A stretch of DNA of 64,000 nucleotides from Octopus sinensis. Its lineage: Eukaryota. The stretch covers positions 56,420,001-56,484,000 of the forward strand of contig NC_043002.1 of the NCBI RefSeq assembly GCF_006345805.1. Reading direction: 5' to 3'. Position 1 is the stretch's first letter; each line of letters starts with the position of its first letter. The position numbers and the translations under genes are program-made. Positions 25,509-37,539 of the stretch are shown piece after piece. The notes under the pieces were generated by a model. The model was given only the letters and a program-made list of their open reading frames with translations. It had not been told where the DNA came from and searched no databases.

Positions 25509-25732
25509 AAACAGAAAATGAAGAAGTACTGATGAACAACAATTGACTTACATCAATTATTATTTATTAATTCAATGCAAATAGACTGCATCCCATCTAA
25601 CAGCTGTTTCTGCTTCCTACATTAGAAACAGAAACAGCTGTTAGATGGGATGCAGTCTATTTGCATTGAATTAATAAATAATAATTGATGTAAGTCAATT
25701 GTTGTTCATCAGTGCTTCACCATTTTCTGTTT
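25509..25732. repeat. Long foldback palindrome: perfect 85-bp arms, 16-nt loop
   Basis: 25528-25612 is the exact reverse complement of 25629-25713; pairing extends ~19 bp further with 3 mismatches. Confidence 0.95.
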
Positions 25733-25865
25733 GCTTTCAATTTTGATTCTTAATAAGCTCATGTTTATCCCTGTCTATACCTATTATTTATGAGCACAAT
25801 AAGTTTGCATATGTATGCCTAGACAGTTATTTTAACCTCTAACTTAACTAACCTATATATATGTA

Positions 25866-25896
<31 letters not shown>

Positions 25897-25898
<2 letters not shown>

Positions 25899-27139
25899 GG
25901 GTGTGTAAGCTATTTGAGGACATACCTTTATTTTGGTCATTGCTGCATTTTTTGCTAACTCTGTATAATCTTTGTTTCAGAAAATAATAATGGCAGATCC
26001 TCAGCTTACACAAGAAATGAAGAGGCATGCTGTTATTGTCGTTATAAAGGCTGAGTATAGTGATTTAGAAATATCTCGATTTTTAAAAGTTGTCAGATTT
26101 TTCATCTACAGAGTTTGTAAGGAGCTAGAGACTGCAGATGGAAACGTATCACCAGTATCAAAGCATAAAAAGCATTCTAAATGCTCTGAAATCATCAGAA
26201 CACTTGAATTTATCCAGCAAGTTCAACAGACCATTGATTACAATCTCAGAAAGTCCATGAGGTCAGTTGCAAAAGATCTCCATGTGTCAGAAGGAACAGT
26301 AAGAAATGTTGTCCATGAAGATATCGGATATAAGTCTTATATGACGAGGAAAGGTCAATTTGTCTGAAAAAACAAAAGAAAATCACTACATCAGATCTAA
26401 AAGGCTCTTAAACAAACTGAAAAATCCAGCAGAAGATTTGATTTGGTTTTTCTCAACCGAAAAAAACTTCGACCAAGATCAAAAAGTTAACAGAAGAAAT
26501 GACAGACCCTTCTGAAGTTCCAAGTGTTATGCATACAAAATTTCCTGCAACTGTCATGGTTTTAGGGGTTGTCAGCAATGAAGGACATGTGATGCCTCCT
26601 TACTTCTTTACACAAGGCCTTAGAGTTAACTCTGCCACCTACATTGAGGTCCTTGAAATAATTGCTAAGCCCTGGATAGACAGTGTATGCAATGGAAGGT
26701 CATATGTGCTTCAATAAGACTCTGCACTATCACACATGGCTCTGGTAACATAGGAATGGATGGCTGAAAATTTTCATGATCACGTAAACCCTACCATTTG
26801 GCCTCCTAATTTCCCAGATTTCAATCCATTCGACTATTACATGTGGAGCGTTGTTGAGACAGAGGTCAATGAACAAGCCCATAACACCAAAGAGTCTTTG
26901 AAAGCTGCCATAGTCAAAGTAATGTCCAAAATGAATGAGGACCTCTTGATTTGAGCATGTAGATAATTTAGATCTCATATAGAAGCAGTTGTTGAAGCTG
27001 AAGGTGGCTTTATTGAATAACATTATAGAAAAAAAAAGATATATTTTTATCCTCATAGCATTTTTTGATCAATAAAGTTATTATCTGTTATTATATATGT
27101 TTTTTTTTGTAAACATCTGTCCTCAAATATCTTACACAT

Positions 27140-27143
<4 letters not shown>
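25897..27143 (+). mobile_element. Near full-length maT (DD37D) Tc1/mariner transposon, pseudogenised
   Basis: ~26-bp TIRs CAGGGTGTGTAAGCTATTTGAGGACA / TGTCCTCAAATATCTTACACATCCTA in (TA)n flanks. Transposase MADPQL...WFFSTEK...Q*DSA-...NFPDFNPFDY with 37 residues between the 2nd and 3rd D; several stops and a frameshift. Confidence 0.92.
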
Positions 27144-27174
<31 letters not shown>

Positions 27175-27176
<2 letters not shown>

Positions 27177-27477
27177 TCATCATCATCATCGTTTAACATC
27201 CGTTTTCCGCGCTAGCACGGGTTGGACGGTTTGACCGGGGTCTGGGAAGCCAGGGGCTGCTCCAGGCTCCAGTCTGATCTGGCAGAGTTTCTACGGCTGG
27301 ATGCCCTTCCTAACGCCAACCACTCCGCGAGTGGAGTGGGTGCTTTTTACGTGCCACCTGCACAGGTGCCAGGGTGGGTCTGGCATCGATCACAATCGGT
27401 TCGAGCTTTTAACGTGCCAGCGGCACGGAAGCCAGCCAAGGCGGCGCTGGCATCGGTCACGTTCGGATGCTGCTTTT
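27175..27477 (-). mobile_element. Young RTE family 1 3' tail
   Basis: (ATC)n plus the reverse complement of the RTE 3' UTR, with most CpGs intact. Confidence 0.9.
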
Positions 27478-27824
27478 GGGGGTGCAGGTATATAGGGAAG
27501 GAAGCACCAGTGGGGAGGGTTGGGGTGAGGAACGATGACAGCTAGGGTTGATGCAGGTTCGTAGGAAATAAAATGCAGGACTTCACGAGTGGGGGAGGGG
27601 GACTGGAAGGAGATAGCCGGTTGAGGCAGTGACAGATTCAAAAACAGGAGGAAACGTAGGATAGGTGGGGGGGGGGGGTTGATGAGCTGCGGCGCTAGCT
27701 GCTTGTCTTGGTTGGGTGGGGGGGGTAACACACAGTGAAAGCATGTGAGGAGGAGGGGTAGGAGGGAGAGACACACATAATGGTGGTGAGGGAGGGCATA
27801 TCCGGTGTAGATGGTGTGAATGGT

Positions 27825-28320
27825 GAGAACAGTGTTCACCGGTATTGGTGGTGGGGGTGAGAACAGTGTTCACCGATATTGGTGGTGGGGGTGAGAACAG
27901 TGTTCACCGGTATTGGTGGTGGGGGTAGAAACAGTGTTCACCGGTATTGGTGGTGGGGGTGGGAAAGGGCGGGAGAAAAGTGTTCATCGGTATTGGTGGT
28001 GGGGGTGAGAACAGTGTTCACCGGTATTGGTGGTGGGGGTGGGAAAGGGCGGGAGAACAGTGTTCATCGGTATTGGTAGTGGGGGTGGGAAGGGCGGGAG
28101 AACAGTGTTCACCGGTATTGGTGGTGGGAAAGGGGCGAGGAGAACAGTGTTCACCGGTATTAGTGGTGGGGGTGGGAAAGGGCGGAGAGAACAGTGTTCA
28201 TCGGTATTGGTGGTGGGAAGGGCGGGAGAACAGTGTTCACCGGTATTGGTGGTGGGGGTGGGAAAGGGCGGGAGAACAGTGTTCACCGGTATTGGTGGTG
28301 GGGGTGGGAAAGGGCGGGAG
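27825..28320. repeat. G-rich minisatellite, 12 units of 34-46 bp
   Basis: Core GAGAACAGTGTTCACCGGTATTGGTGGTGGGGGT with optional GGGAAAGGGCGG. Confidence 0.95.
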
Positions 28321-28326
28321 CACCGC

Positions 28327-28817
28327 GAATGGTGAAGATCGAATTAAAGGATTGAAGGTTCTTTAGAGAAACGGCGGGAATGGAATGGCGATGTTTTTAG
28401 GGTGGCGAGATAGAGAAAGAAGAAGGAAAGCAAAGCAGATTGGTGGTTATAAGTTCAAAACATTTAAACGGTAGACAAATGTATGTATGTATGTATGAAA
28501 AAGAAAGGAGAAAATCTTCTTAGCTTGCTTATGGACATCGCTGTAAGTCGGAGAAGAAATGATAGTGAATGGTGAAGATCGAATTAAGGATTGAAGGTTC
28601 TTTAGAGAAACGGGCGGGGGGAATGGCGATGTTTTTAGGGTGGCATAGAGAAAGAAAAGGAAGCAAAGCAGATTGGTGGTTATAAGTTCAAAACATTTAA
28701 ACGGTAGACAAATGTATGTATGTATGTATGAAAAAGAAGGGAGAAAATCTTCTTAGCTTGCTTATGGACATCGCTGTAAGTCGGAGAAGAAATGATAGTG
28801 AATGTTGAAGATCGAAT
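28327..28817. repeat. Tandem ~235-bp monomers (240 + 233 + 18-bp partial)
   Basis: gaatggtgaagatcgaat recurs at 28327, 28567 and (one mismatch) 28800; unit bodies are nearly identical. Confidence 0.95.
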
Positions 28818-29137
28818 ACTTAATTTATTTTTAGTAAATGTAAGGTGCTTTAACTCTTACAAATTATATAAACTTCAGATTTGGTATCCAACAGACTCAA
28901 CAATAATGGGTAGACATTATTTGAATCAGATGTTTCAATTTATACTTAGAATAGTAAAAGCTTAGTAGTGAATGTGACAATTCCAAAGAGAATAATATAA
29001 ATTGACAAGTGAACTTGACAACACATTTTTGATGATAGGTGGTATGCTTGTTTGTTTACAATGAACATACAATAATACATTTTTCAGACAATTAGGGTGA
29101 AACCTTGTCAGTGAAGCAAAATTATATACTTTCTCAG

Positions 29138-29255
29138 AAACTATACACACATGCTAGGTATTCTAACTCCACACATTCATTTCTGAAAGCTATATCAGCC
29201 ACACTTCAACGTGACAGGTTGCAAAGATTTTTTCATCTAGTAATACGTGCAGAAG
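29138..29255 (+). CDS. Candidate 118-nt internal coding exon (KLYTHARYSNSTHSFLKAISATLQRDRLQRFFHLVIRAE), host gene unidentified
   Basis: Acceptor atactttctcag, donor AAG|gtgaga, only one frame open. The two CpGs present fall in CGT Arg codons within CpG-poor surroundings. Confidence 0.4.
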
Positions 29256-29565
29256 GTGAGACTGGATGTCAGATCAGAAACCAGTCCATGTCTATCCAAA
29301 TACTTAAATATATAGCATTGGGCTATATAGGTATCTGAAATTTTTTTTGGCCCATTCACCTGACTACAGTTGATTTTCTGTAATAATTTTCAATGTTATT
29401 ATTGGTGGTTTAAACGATGGTTTTATCCCTTAATTCTCGTAGGCAGGCACATTTGTGTGCCCTTATGATTGATATAAATTTTAATTCTATAGCTATATAA
29501 TGCTATTTTAGGCCTGCAACCACTTATATTATTGTGTTGTTATTATCAACTATTTATATTAGCCT

Positions 29566-30934
29566 GGACCCTTCAGGTAGATGGCCCTGCTCGATCTGTA
29601 GAAAAGGCGTAGGTAGAAACTCTATAAGATGTACCCAGTGTAAGCTATGGACACATAAGAGGTGCAGCCATATCAAAGGAAGGCTAACCAGGAAGATAGT
29701 TTTTGTATATGGCAGATATTCAGGAGCAATAAACACTGAAAATGTGCAGAGAACAACTTCCGCCACATTCCAGGGAGAAAAACTAGAAGTAGCTGATAGC
29801 TTCCGTTACCTAGGAGACGAAGTCAGTAGTGGAGGAGGGTGCGCTGAAAGTGTAGTTGCTAGAATAAGAATAGCCTGGGCAACGTTCAGAGAGCTCTTAC
29901 TTCTGCTGGTGACAAAGGGCCTCTCGCCCAGAGTAAAAGGTAGACTGTATGACGCATGTGTACGAACAGCCATGCTACATGGCAGTGAAACATGGGCCAT
30001 GACTGCTGAGGACATGCATAAGCTTGCAAGGAATGAAGCCAGTATGTTCCGATGAATGTGTAATGTCAGTGTGCATACTCGATAGAGTGTAAGTATCTTG
30101 AGAGAAAAGTTGGACCTAAGAAGCATCAGATGTAGTGTGCAAGAGAGATGACTGTGTTGGTATGGTCATGTGGCGAGAATGGATTGAGGGAACCTGTGGA
30201 AGAGGTAGACCCAGGAAGACCTGGGATGAGGTGGTGAAGCATGACCTTCGAACATTAGGCCTCACCGAGGCAATGACTAGTGACCGGGTTCTTTGGAAAT
30301 ATGCTGTGCTTGAGAAGACCTGGCAAGCCAAATGAGACCATAACCTCGTGGCCTATGCCAGGGGTGTAACCAGCCTACTTATGTGTACCTTTCCTTCATT
30401 GGACACTAAACTCTGCTTGCAAAGACTTGTTGAGGCAAGTGAAATTGAAATCAAATTTGATGACTGGCATCTGTGCTAGTGGAGCGCTAAGAGCACCATC
30501 CGAGCATGATAGTTGCCAGAGCAGCAAACTGGCTTCCATGCCAGTGGCATGTAAAAAGCACCATTCGAGCGGGATTGTTTCAAGCGGTGCTTTACTGGCA
30601 CTTGTGCTGATGGCATGTGAAAAACATTCGAGCGAGGTCATTGCCAGTGCCGTTGAACTGGCTCCTGTGCAGGTGGCACGTAAAAAACACTATTTGAGCA
30701 TGGCCGTTGCCAGTACCATGTGACTGGCCCTCATGCCAGTGGCACGTAAAAGCACCCACTACACTCTTGGAGTGGTTAGTGTTAGGAAGGGCATCAAGCT
30801 GTAGAAACTCTGCCAGATCAGATTGGAGCATGGTGCAGCCATCTGATTCGCCAGTCCTCAGTCAAATTGTCCAACCCATGCTAGCATGGAAAGCGGATGT
30901 TAAACGACGATGATGATGATGATGATGATGATGG
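29566..30934 (+). mobile_element. RTE family 1 LINE, 5'-truncated (ORF2 C-terminal part, 3' UTR, (GAT)n tail)
   Basis: GRWPCSICRKGVGRNSIRCTQCKLWTHKRC...FRYLGD...KGRLYDACVRTAMLHGSETW...WYGHV...GRGRPRKTWDEVV, then a repeat-containing UTR and (GAT)n. Confidence 0.95.
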
Positions 30935-31377
30935 ATAATAATAACAATAATAATATCTATATAAATATTCACTTCTGAATATTTGCTCATATATATATAT
31001 ATAAGCATAATAAAAGATGTCAGTAGGAAAACTCATTTAAATAAAAGAGATCCTTGGTAGTGAAAAAGTTGGAGAATCACTGTACTATAGCCTCAGGCCA
31101 ACCAAAGCCCTGTGAATATATTTGAGAGACAGAAAGAAGGCTGTCGTATATAAAGTATATGTGCGTGTCTTTGTGCCTGTGTTTGTCCATGACCATAACC
31201 ACCAAGATCACCATCATTTGACAATGGGTGTTAGTGTGTTTATGTCCCCGTAACTTAGTGGTTTGGCAAAAAGAGACTGATGGAATAAGTACCATGTTAA
31301 AAAACGTATGTATTGGGTGGTACCTCAGTATGGCTGCAGTCTAATGACTGAAATAATTAAATGATAAAAAAATAAAA

Positions 31378-32270
31378 GTAGTTGAAAGCTTCCGTTACCT
31401 AGTTGACCAAGTCAGTAGCAGAGGTGGATGCTCTGAGAGCGTAGCTGCTATAAGAAAAGTGTGGGCAAAGTTCAGAGAGCTCGTACCTCTGCTGCAACTA
31501 AGGGCCTCTCACTCAGGATGAAATGTAGACTGTATTATGCATGTGTGTGAACAGCCATGCTACACAGCAGCAAAACATGGGCTGTGACTGGCTGTGTAAA
31601 GTAACATGGGCTGGGTCGGTTGTGCAAAGAAGTACCAATCTCTATGGAAGGAACCTGCAGAAGTAGATGCAGGAAGACCTGGGATGAGGTGGTGAAGCAC
31701 GACCTTCAAACGTTGGGCCTCACAGAGGCAATGACAAGCAACTGAGACCTTTGGAGATATGCTGTGCTTGAGAAGACCTGGCAAGCCAAGTAAGACCATA
31801 ACCATGGCATATACCAGTGTAGCATAACCGGCCCATTTAAGAGTACTCTTCAATCATTGGGCAATAAACTGTGCTTGAGAAGACCTATTGAGTCGAGTAA
31901 AATCGCTTCTGTGGCCGATGCTAGTACTGCCTTGTGGGTACCCGTGCCAATGACACATAAAAAGCACCGTTCAAGCATGGCCGATGCCAGTGCTGCCTGA
32001 CTGGCTCCCATACCAGTCGCACATAAAAAGCACCATTCAGGTGTGGTTGGTGCCAGTCCTGCTTAAATGGTCCCGGTGCTGGTGGCACATAAACAGTACC
32101 TACTACACTCCAAGTGGTTGGCATTAGCAAGGGCATCGAGCTGTAGAAACCTTGCCAGATCAGATTGGAGCCTGGTGCAGCCCCCTGGCTTACCAGTCCT
32201 CAGTCAAGCTGTCCAATCCATGCCAGCTTGGAAAGCGGATGCTAAACTATTATGATCACGATCATCATCA
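31378..32270 (+). mobile_element. RTE family 1 3' fragment with internal deletions
   Basis: Matches the 29566-30934 copy from gttgaaagcttccgttacctag onward. Confidence 0.9.
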
Positions 32271-32667
32271 TTTAACATTTGTTCTCCATGCTGGCATGAG
32301 TCAGACGGTTAAACTGGAGCTAATGAGCCAGAGAGCTGCACCAGATTCCAGTCTGATTTGGCATGGTTTCTACAGCTGGATACCATTCCTAACACCAACC
32401 ACTCCAAGAGTGTAATGGGTGCTTTTTACATGCCATTTATGACACTGGCAACAACCAAGACTACGATTCACAAATGGGTGCATTTACATGGCACCAACAA
32501 TGACCATGACTATGATCCACAGGTACCATTTACTTGGTACGATGAATGACCACAACTACAATCTGCCCCATGGCTGTCATTTACATGGTAACAGCAACCA
32601 TGATGCAAGGGTACCTTTTACATGATACTGGTATAGCCAGATGTATGTTTTCACTTACCAAAAAAAG

Positions 32668-32802
<135 letters not shown>

Positions 32803-33346
32803 TAAAAATACAAAAGTATAAAATTCACAGATAGTTCATAATTCAATTACTTTCAACAGCTGTTTCATTAGGAATATACACCATTGATTCAATAATTACA
32901 AAATTAGGATACACAAGAAATTAATATAAATTTCTGTTTTCAGTAATGGAAATTAAGGCTTGACCCCTCTCCTCAAAAAAAAGGTTTTCAAAGTTTTATT
33001 CCCCACCACTACAAAACTGGATTTGTTTTGTTTTTTTCATTTATAATAAAAATGTTGGCGGGGTGCTCCTATTTAAAGTGCACTGATTTCAATTTTGAAA
33101 AAAGAATGTCTTGCTTTCAAAAGTTTTCAATGTTGTCTTTCTTTTTTCAAAACATCAATACCAGTTACTAAGGATTACTTTCCTCTTTGACTTTGGGAGA
33201 ATAAACTGAAAGAATATCATGCTTTCTTTTTATCTCCTTTGTTGCATTCCTTTCCCTTTTACTGTCTCTCCTCTCGCTTTCTATTCTCTTTCTTACTTTT
33301 TTTCTCTCTCCTTTTTTCTTTTTTCTCTCTTCCCCCTTGTTCTTTT

Positions 33347-33816
33347 CACACACTGGTGAACCTGGTCATTAGTCAGTTCATGAGGAACTTGTGAAGGACC
33401 ACGTTCTGCCAACAACGTACGAGTGCTTGTGTTTGGTTGTTCAACCACTTCAAGCAAAGTTTCATCTTCCACAACAGAAGGTTTCCCTGACCTTGGTTTG
33501 TCTTTGAGGCTGATGTTGCATTCCTTGAAACGTCTGAACCACTTTTGTGCCATATGTTCGTCAACAGTTCCTGGGCCTTCCACATCATTAATTTCTTCTG
33601 CTGCTACCTTTGCACTCAGTCCTTTTTTCCAAAGGTAGCATAAAATGGCTCTAATTTCACCCTTTTCATCATTCATTATGAAAGCTGTAAAATTAAGGAA
33701 AAAACAATTCAACAACAATTGGACGAGTTATATCAAATTAATGGTATAACATGAAGATACATGTTGCCAAACATCATCAGTGAAAATCTGAAAAAAGTTT
33801 TTACTCAGTTTGATGT
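33347..33816 (-). mobile_element. mariner 5' fragment (HTH domain), same family as 51460-53011
   Basis: MNDEKGEIRAILCYLWKKGLSAKVAAEEINDVEGPGTVDEHMAQKWFRRFKE...DKPRSGKP. Leader and TIR region 33715-33816 match 52925-53011. Confidence 0.88.
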
Positions 33817-34099
33817 ATATATTGGGTTGGTGAATAATTATTGCAGCTTTTTTTTCAACAAATTTTATTCAACAAAAACAATAACAATATTTAACAAAAA
33901 ATCTTTAAATGATGGTCTGACCGTCTGCCAAGCAAATGGGAAGCAGTAATTAAAGATGGTGAATATGCTCCAAAATAATCATATAAAGATGTTTTTGTTA
34001 CATGTTGTTATTGTTTTTGTTAAATAAAATTTGTTGAAAAAAGCCACAATAATTATGCACCGTCCAAATATATATATATATGTATGTATATATATATAT

Positions 34100-34254
34100 T
34101 CTATTTTCTTTCCCTGTTTATTTCTGTGTTCCTTTCTGTCGAAGAGGGTAAGCTCAAAACATAAAAGACTTTCTCACTTCCTGAGCATTAAACTAATACA
34201 TCTGCTTGTTGTTTACACACCCGTCTTCGTCTTTTGTTTTTTGTAAATTCTCAC
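34100..34254 (+). mobile_element. PLE-type terminal fragment with decayed hammerhead variant, in (TA)n
   Basis: CTTT-CTGTCGA-A-GAGG gtaa GCTC-AAAAC-ATA-AAAG (34132-34167). Restoring two CpG transitions gives GAAAC-GTA with stem I CTTT/AAAG. Core has A6>U. Confidence 0.45.
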
Positions 34255-35481
34255 TATATATATATATCTTTTGGTTTTTGTTTTGCAAGGAACTTGGTGA
34301 ACCTGTTGGTTTGATGCCGCATAAAAACCACCCAGTACACTCTGTGAAACAGTTGGCATTAGATTAGGAAGGGCATCCAGTTGTAGAAACCATTGCCAAA
34401 ATAGACAATGGAACTTGGTATGGCTCCTGTCAAACCTATGCCAATATGGAAAGTGAATGTTAGATAATGATGATGATAATCTACTTTTGTTAGTTCTTCT
34501 CCGAAGTTAAATTACGATTACAATATTTGAAATTCCACCTCTGTCTTTAAATTATACTTTAATGTGGTTCTGCCACCCCAATTCACTAGGATGGACCCTC
34601 TATTTTTGATATTGTCCCTCCCGTACACTAAAGTTGACCCCCTATATTTGATGTTGTCACTTCTATACTTCAATGCACTCAATTAAATTCCAATGTTGCC
34701 CTTCTTATACTAAAGTGTGGACCCGACACTCCAATGTGGTCACTCTTATTCTCATAATTGACCCCACTTTTATGCTCTTCATATAACTGCAGAGTGGTCC
34801 CCTCAATATTTTGATATTATTGCTCTCATAATCTTTTCCATACTCCAGTGTAATCTATTAAATTCCACTGTAGCTCTTCTTATACTCAAGTGTGGACCCT
34901 ACACTCCAACGTGGTCACTTTTATTCTTACAACTCCAGTGTGGTCTCTAACAAACTCTTAGACTCCAATATTGTCCTTCTTATACTTCACTATGGTCCCA
35001 TTTATTCTCCAATCTTGTCTCTCCTATCAATATCTTGCTGTTAATGATCATAATCATTCCTCTACATGTATTGTTATAGCATTTAACAAACCATATTTGA
35101 TGGCATGAAAGACACTGAGGCATGTAAGAAGCCTCCCAATTTCAGCAGCACATATCTAGGAAAAAAGATGTTGGTGCATTAAAACTTTTAGCTCAATTTC
35201 GTATCTAGGATCACGAGTGATGTTTTGGAGGCATCATTTGAGAGCAAAAAAAATGTGTCTTATATGTCACTGTCATCATCCATTTTCCCTGCTGGCATGG
35301 GTTGGATGCTTTGACAGGAACAGTCAAGTCAGAAGATCACACTAAGCTTTGCTGTTTTGGCATGGTTTCTATGGCTGGATGTCCTTTCTAAAGCGAACCA
35401 CTTTACAGAGTGGACTGGATGCTTTTTTATGTGGCACTGGAAGTGGTGGGGTTGAGGGACAGAAAGTGTCTTGCATTAGAC

Positions 35482-35559
35482 CAGTGGTTCCCAACCTTTT
35501 CACTACCAAGGACACCCCTTTAATTTAAATGAATTTTCCCATGGACATCTTTTAATATG

Positions 35560-35602
<43 letters not shown>

Positions 35603-35982
35603 ATATAAAGCACCATCCAAATGTGGTTAAAGCCAGTCCCCTCGCCCCGGCCAGCTTCTGTGCCGGTGGCATGTAAAAAGCACCATTTGAACATGGTCAA
35701 TGCCAGGCTCCTCTGGCCCCTGTGCCAGTGGCACGTAAAAAGCACCCACTACACTCTCGGAGTGGTTGGCATTAGGATAGGCATCCAGCTGTAGAAACAT
35801 TATCAGACCAGATTGGAGCATGATGTGCAGCCTCCTGGCTTCCCAGACCCCAGTCAAACCGTCCAACCCATGCAAGCATGGGAAACAGATGTCAAATGAT
35901 GATAATGATATATATAAGAAATCTTGAATTTAGTTCATGGACCCCAGTACTACCTTTGTAGACCACAGGCTGGGAACCATTG
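35482..35982. mobile_element. hAT-Charlie MITE with a nested RTE tail (~35605-35905)
   Basis: TIRs CAGTGGTTCCCAACCT / AGGCTGGGAACCATTG; flanks cattagac / catta(tta)gac. Confidence 0.75.
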
Positions 35983-36440
35983 CATTATTAGACAGAGAAG
36001 AGAGAGAAGGGAAGCTGGTGAAGATGTGACGGGAGGGATGGGGAAGATGGTATACACCCAAGTTACAGGGTGGTGTATATAATGAAGTGGACTGAGGGAT
36101 TGGAGAGTGTGGGTGAGTTCACAAGATTTCCAAAGGAGAGTGGAAGCTAGAGGTAGAGAGTAGGTAGGTAGGTGTACATGAGGGAAAATGGAAGTGGGGT
36201 GAGAAACGTCGCTAGTTAGCATGGCTAAGTTGTGGGAGAAGGATAGGGGTTCATGAACATGGATTTTGCTATTACACATGGTAATCCTTCCTCTACATGT
36301 ATTGCTGTTATTTAAGGTAATCATTCCTCTACATCAGTCAATGGCTAAGGCAGTCCTCTCTCTACATATCACTATGTCAACTGACATAATCATTCCCCTA
36401 GCTTAGATTTCTACATCCTGGCAACATATAATGAACAGCA

Positions 36441-36605
36441 GGAGTGGCTGTGTAGTAAGTAGCTTGCTTACGAACTACATGGTTCCAGGTTCAGTCTCAC
36501 TGCATGGCACCTTGGGCAAGTGTCTTCTATTATAGCCTTGGGTTGACCAAAGCCTTGCAAGTGGATATGGTAGATGGAAACTGAAAGAAGCCCGTTGTAT
36601 ATATG

Positions 36606-36638
<33 letters not shown>

Positions 36639-36812
36639 TTGTCACTCCAACATCCCTTGACAACTGATGCTGATGTGTTTATGTCCCCGTAACTTAGCGG
36701 TTCGACAAAAGTACTAGTCTTATATGGAATAAGTTCTGGGGTCGATTTGCTTGACAAAAGGCGGTACACCAGCATGGCTGCAGTCAAATGACTGAAGCAA
36801 GTAAAAGAATAA
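36441..36812 (+). mobile_element. SINE family A, full length
   Basis: Head, spacer and tail align with 60453-60846. Confidence 0.88.
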
Positions 36813-37539
36813 AGCTTCATCTCTTCTCTTTATGTAGTAACAACCAACATAGGTTTGATGGTCATGTCATCTATCTCAATTCCTTCTACACTCTTCTTTC
36901 TATCTTTTATTCCTGTGTATTAAAGGTTACACAAGTTCAGTAGCATAACTAGGGGACCACAGAATTGATCATAATACTATAAGCTTCAACTCCATGTATA
37001 AAATTTATAAAAGTAACCATTCAAAAAATTTTTGAATTACAGGCTGTACCAAACCAGTAGGTAAATGAGTCCCGGTGAAGTATTTATTTCCCAGACTATT
37101 GCTTTAAAACCATTAATTACTTGTAACAAACAAGTACTATATAATACTGTGGATTTTGTAATTGGAGGTGGGGGGGCACATTTCTGCAGCTTGCCCCAGG
37201 TGTGGTTTATCCTAGCTACATCACAAGTTTTCCTGGAAACCCAATCATTTATGATAATATTCTAGGAAGAAATGTAATGTGTTGACAATTGAGACCTGTT
37301 TTTTCTCCAGCTGTTTGTTCTAAATGAATCAGATCACATTTAGTTATAAAAAGATTCTCTCAGGGCCTAAGCAAGATAGGATAAAACATACTTAGGTGCA
37401 AGCTGTGTGGTAAGGACTTAGCTTCCCAACCACATGGTTCTGGGTTCATTCCCACTTTGTGGCACATCGGGTGTCTTCTACTACAGCTTTGGGCTGGTAG
37501 ATGAAAACTGAAAGAAGCTTGTTATATATATAAAAAGGA

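Noticed and set aside
27825-28320. CRISPR-like spacing of repeats with an internal hairpin
   Set aside because: Units are contiguous with no unique spacers, there are no cas genes, and the context is eukaryotic.
32845-32885. GAAACAGCTGTT on the minus strand as a hammerhead half
   Set aside because: No CUGANGA or stem II upstream.
34560-35030. Degenerate periodic sequence (also 39830-40110 and 47860-48060)
   Set aside because: Old eroded tandem repeats; no unit could be defined reliably and no function is evident.
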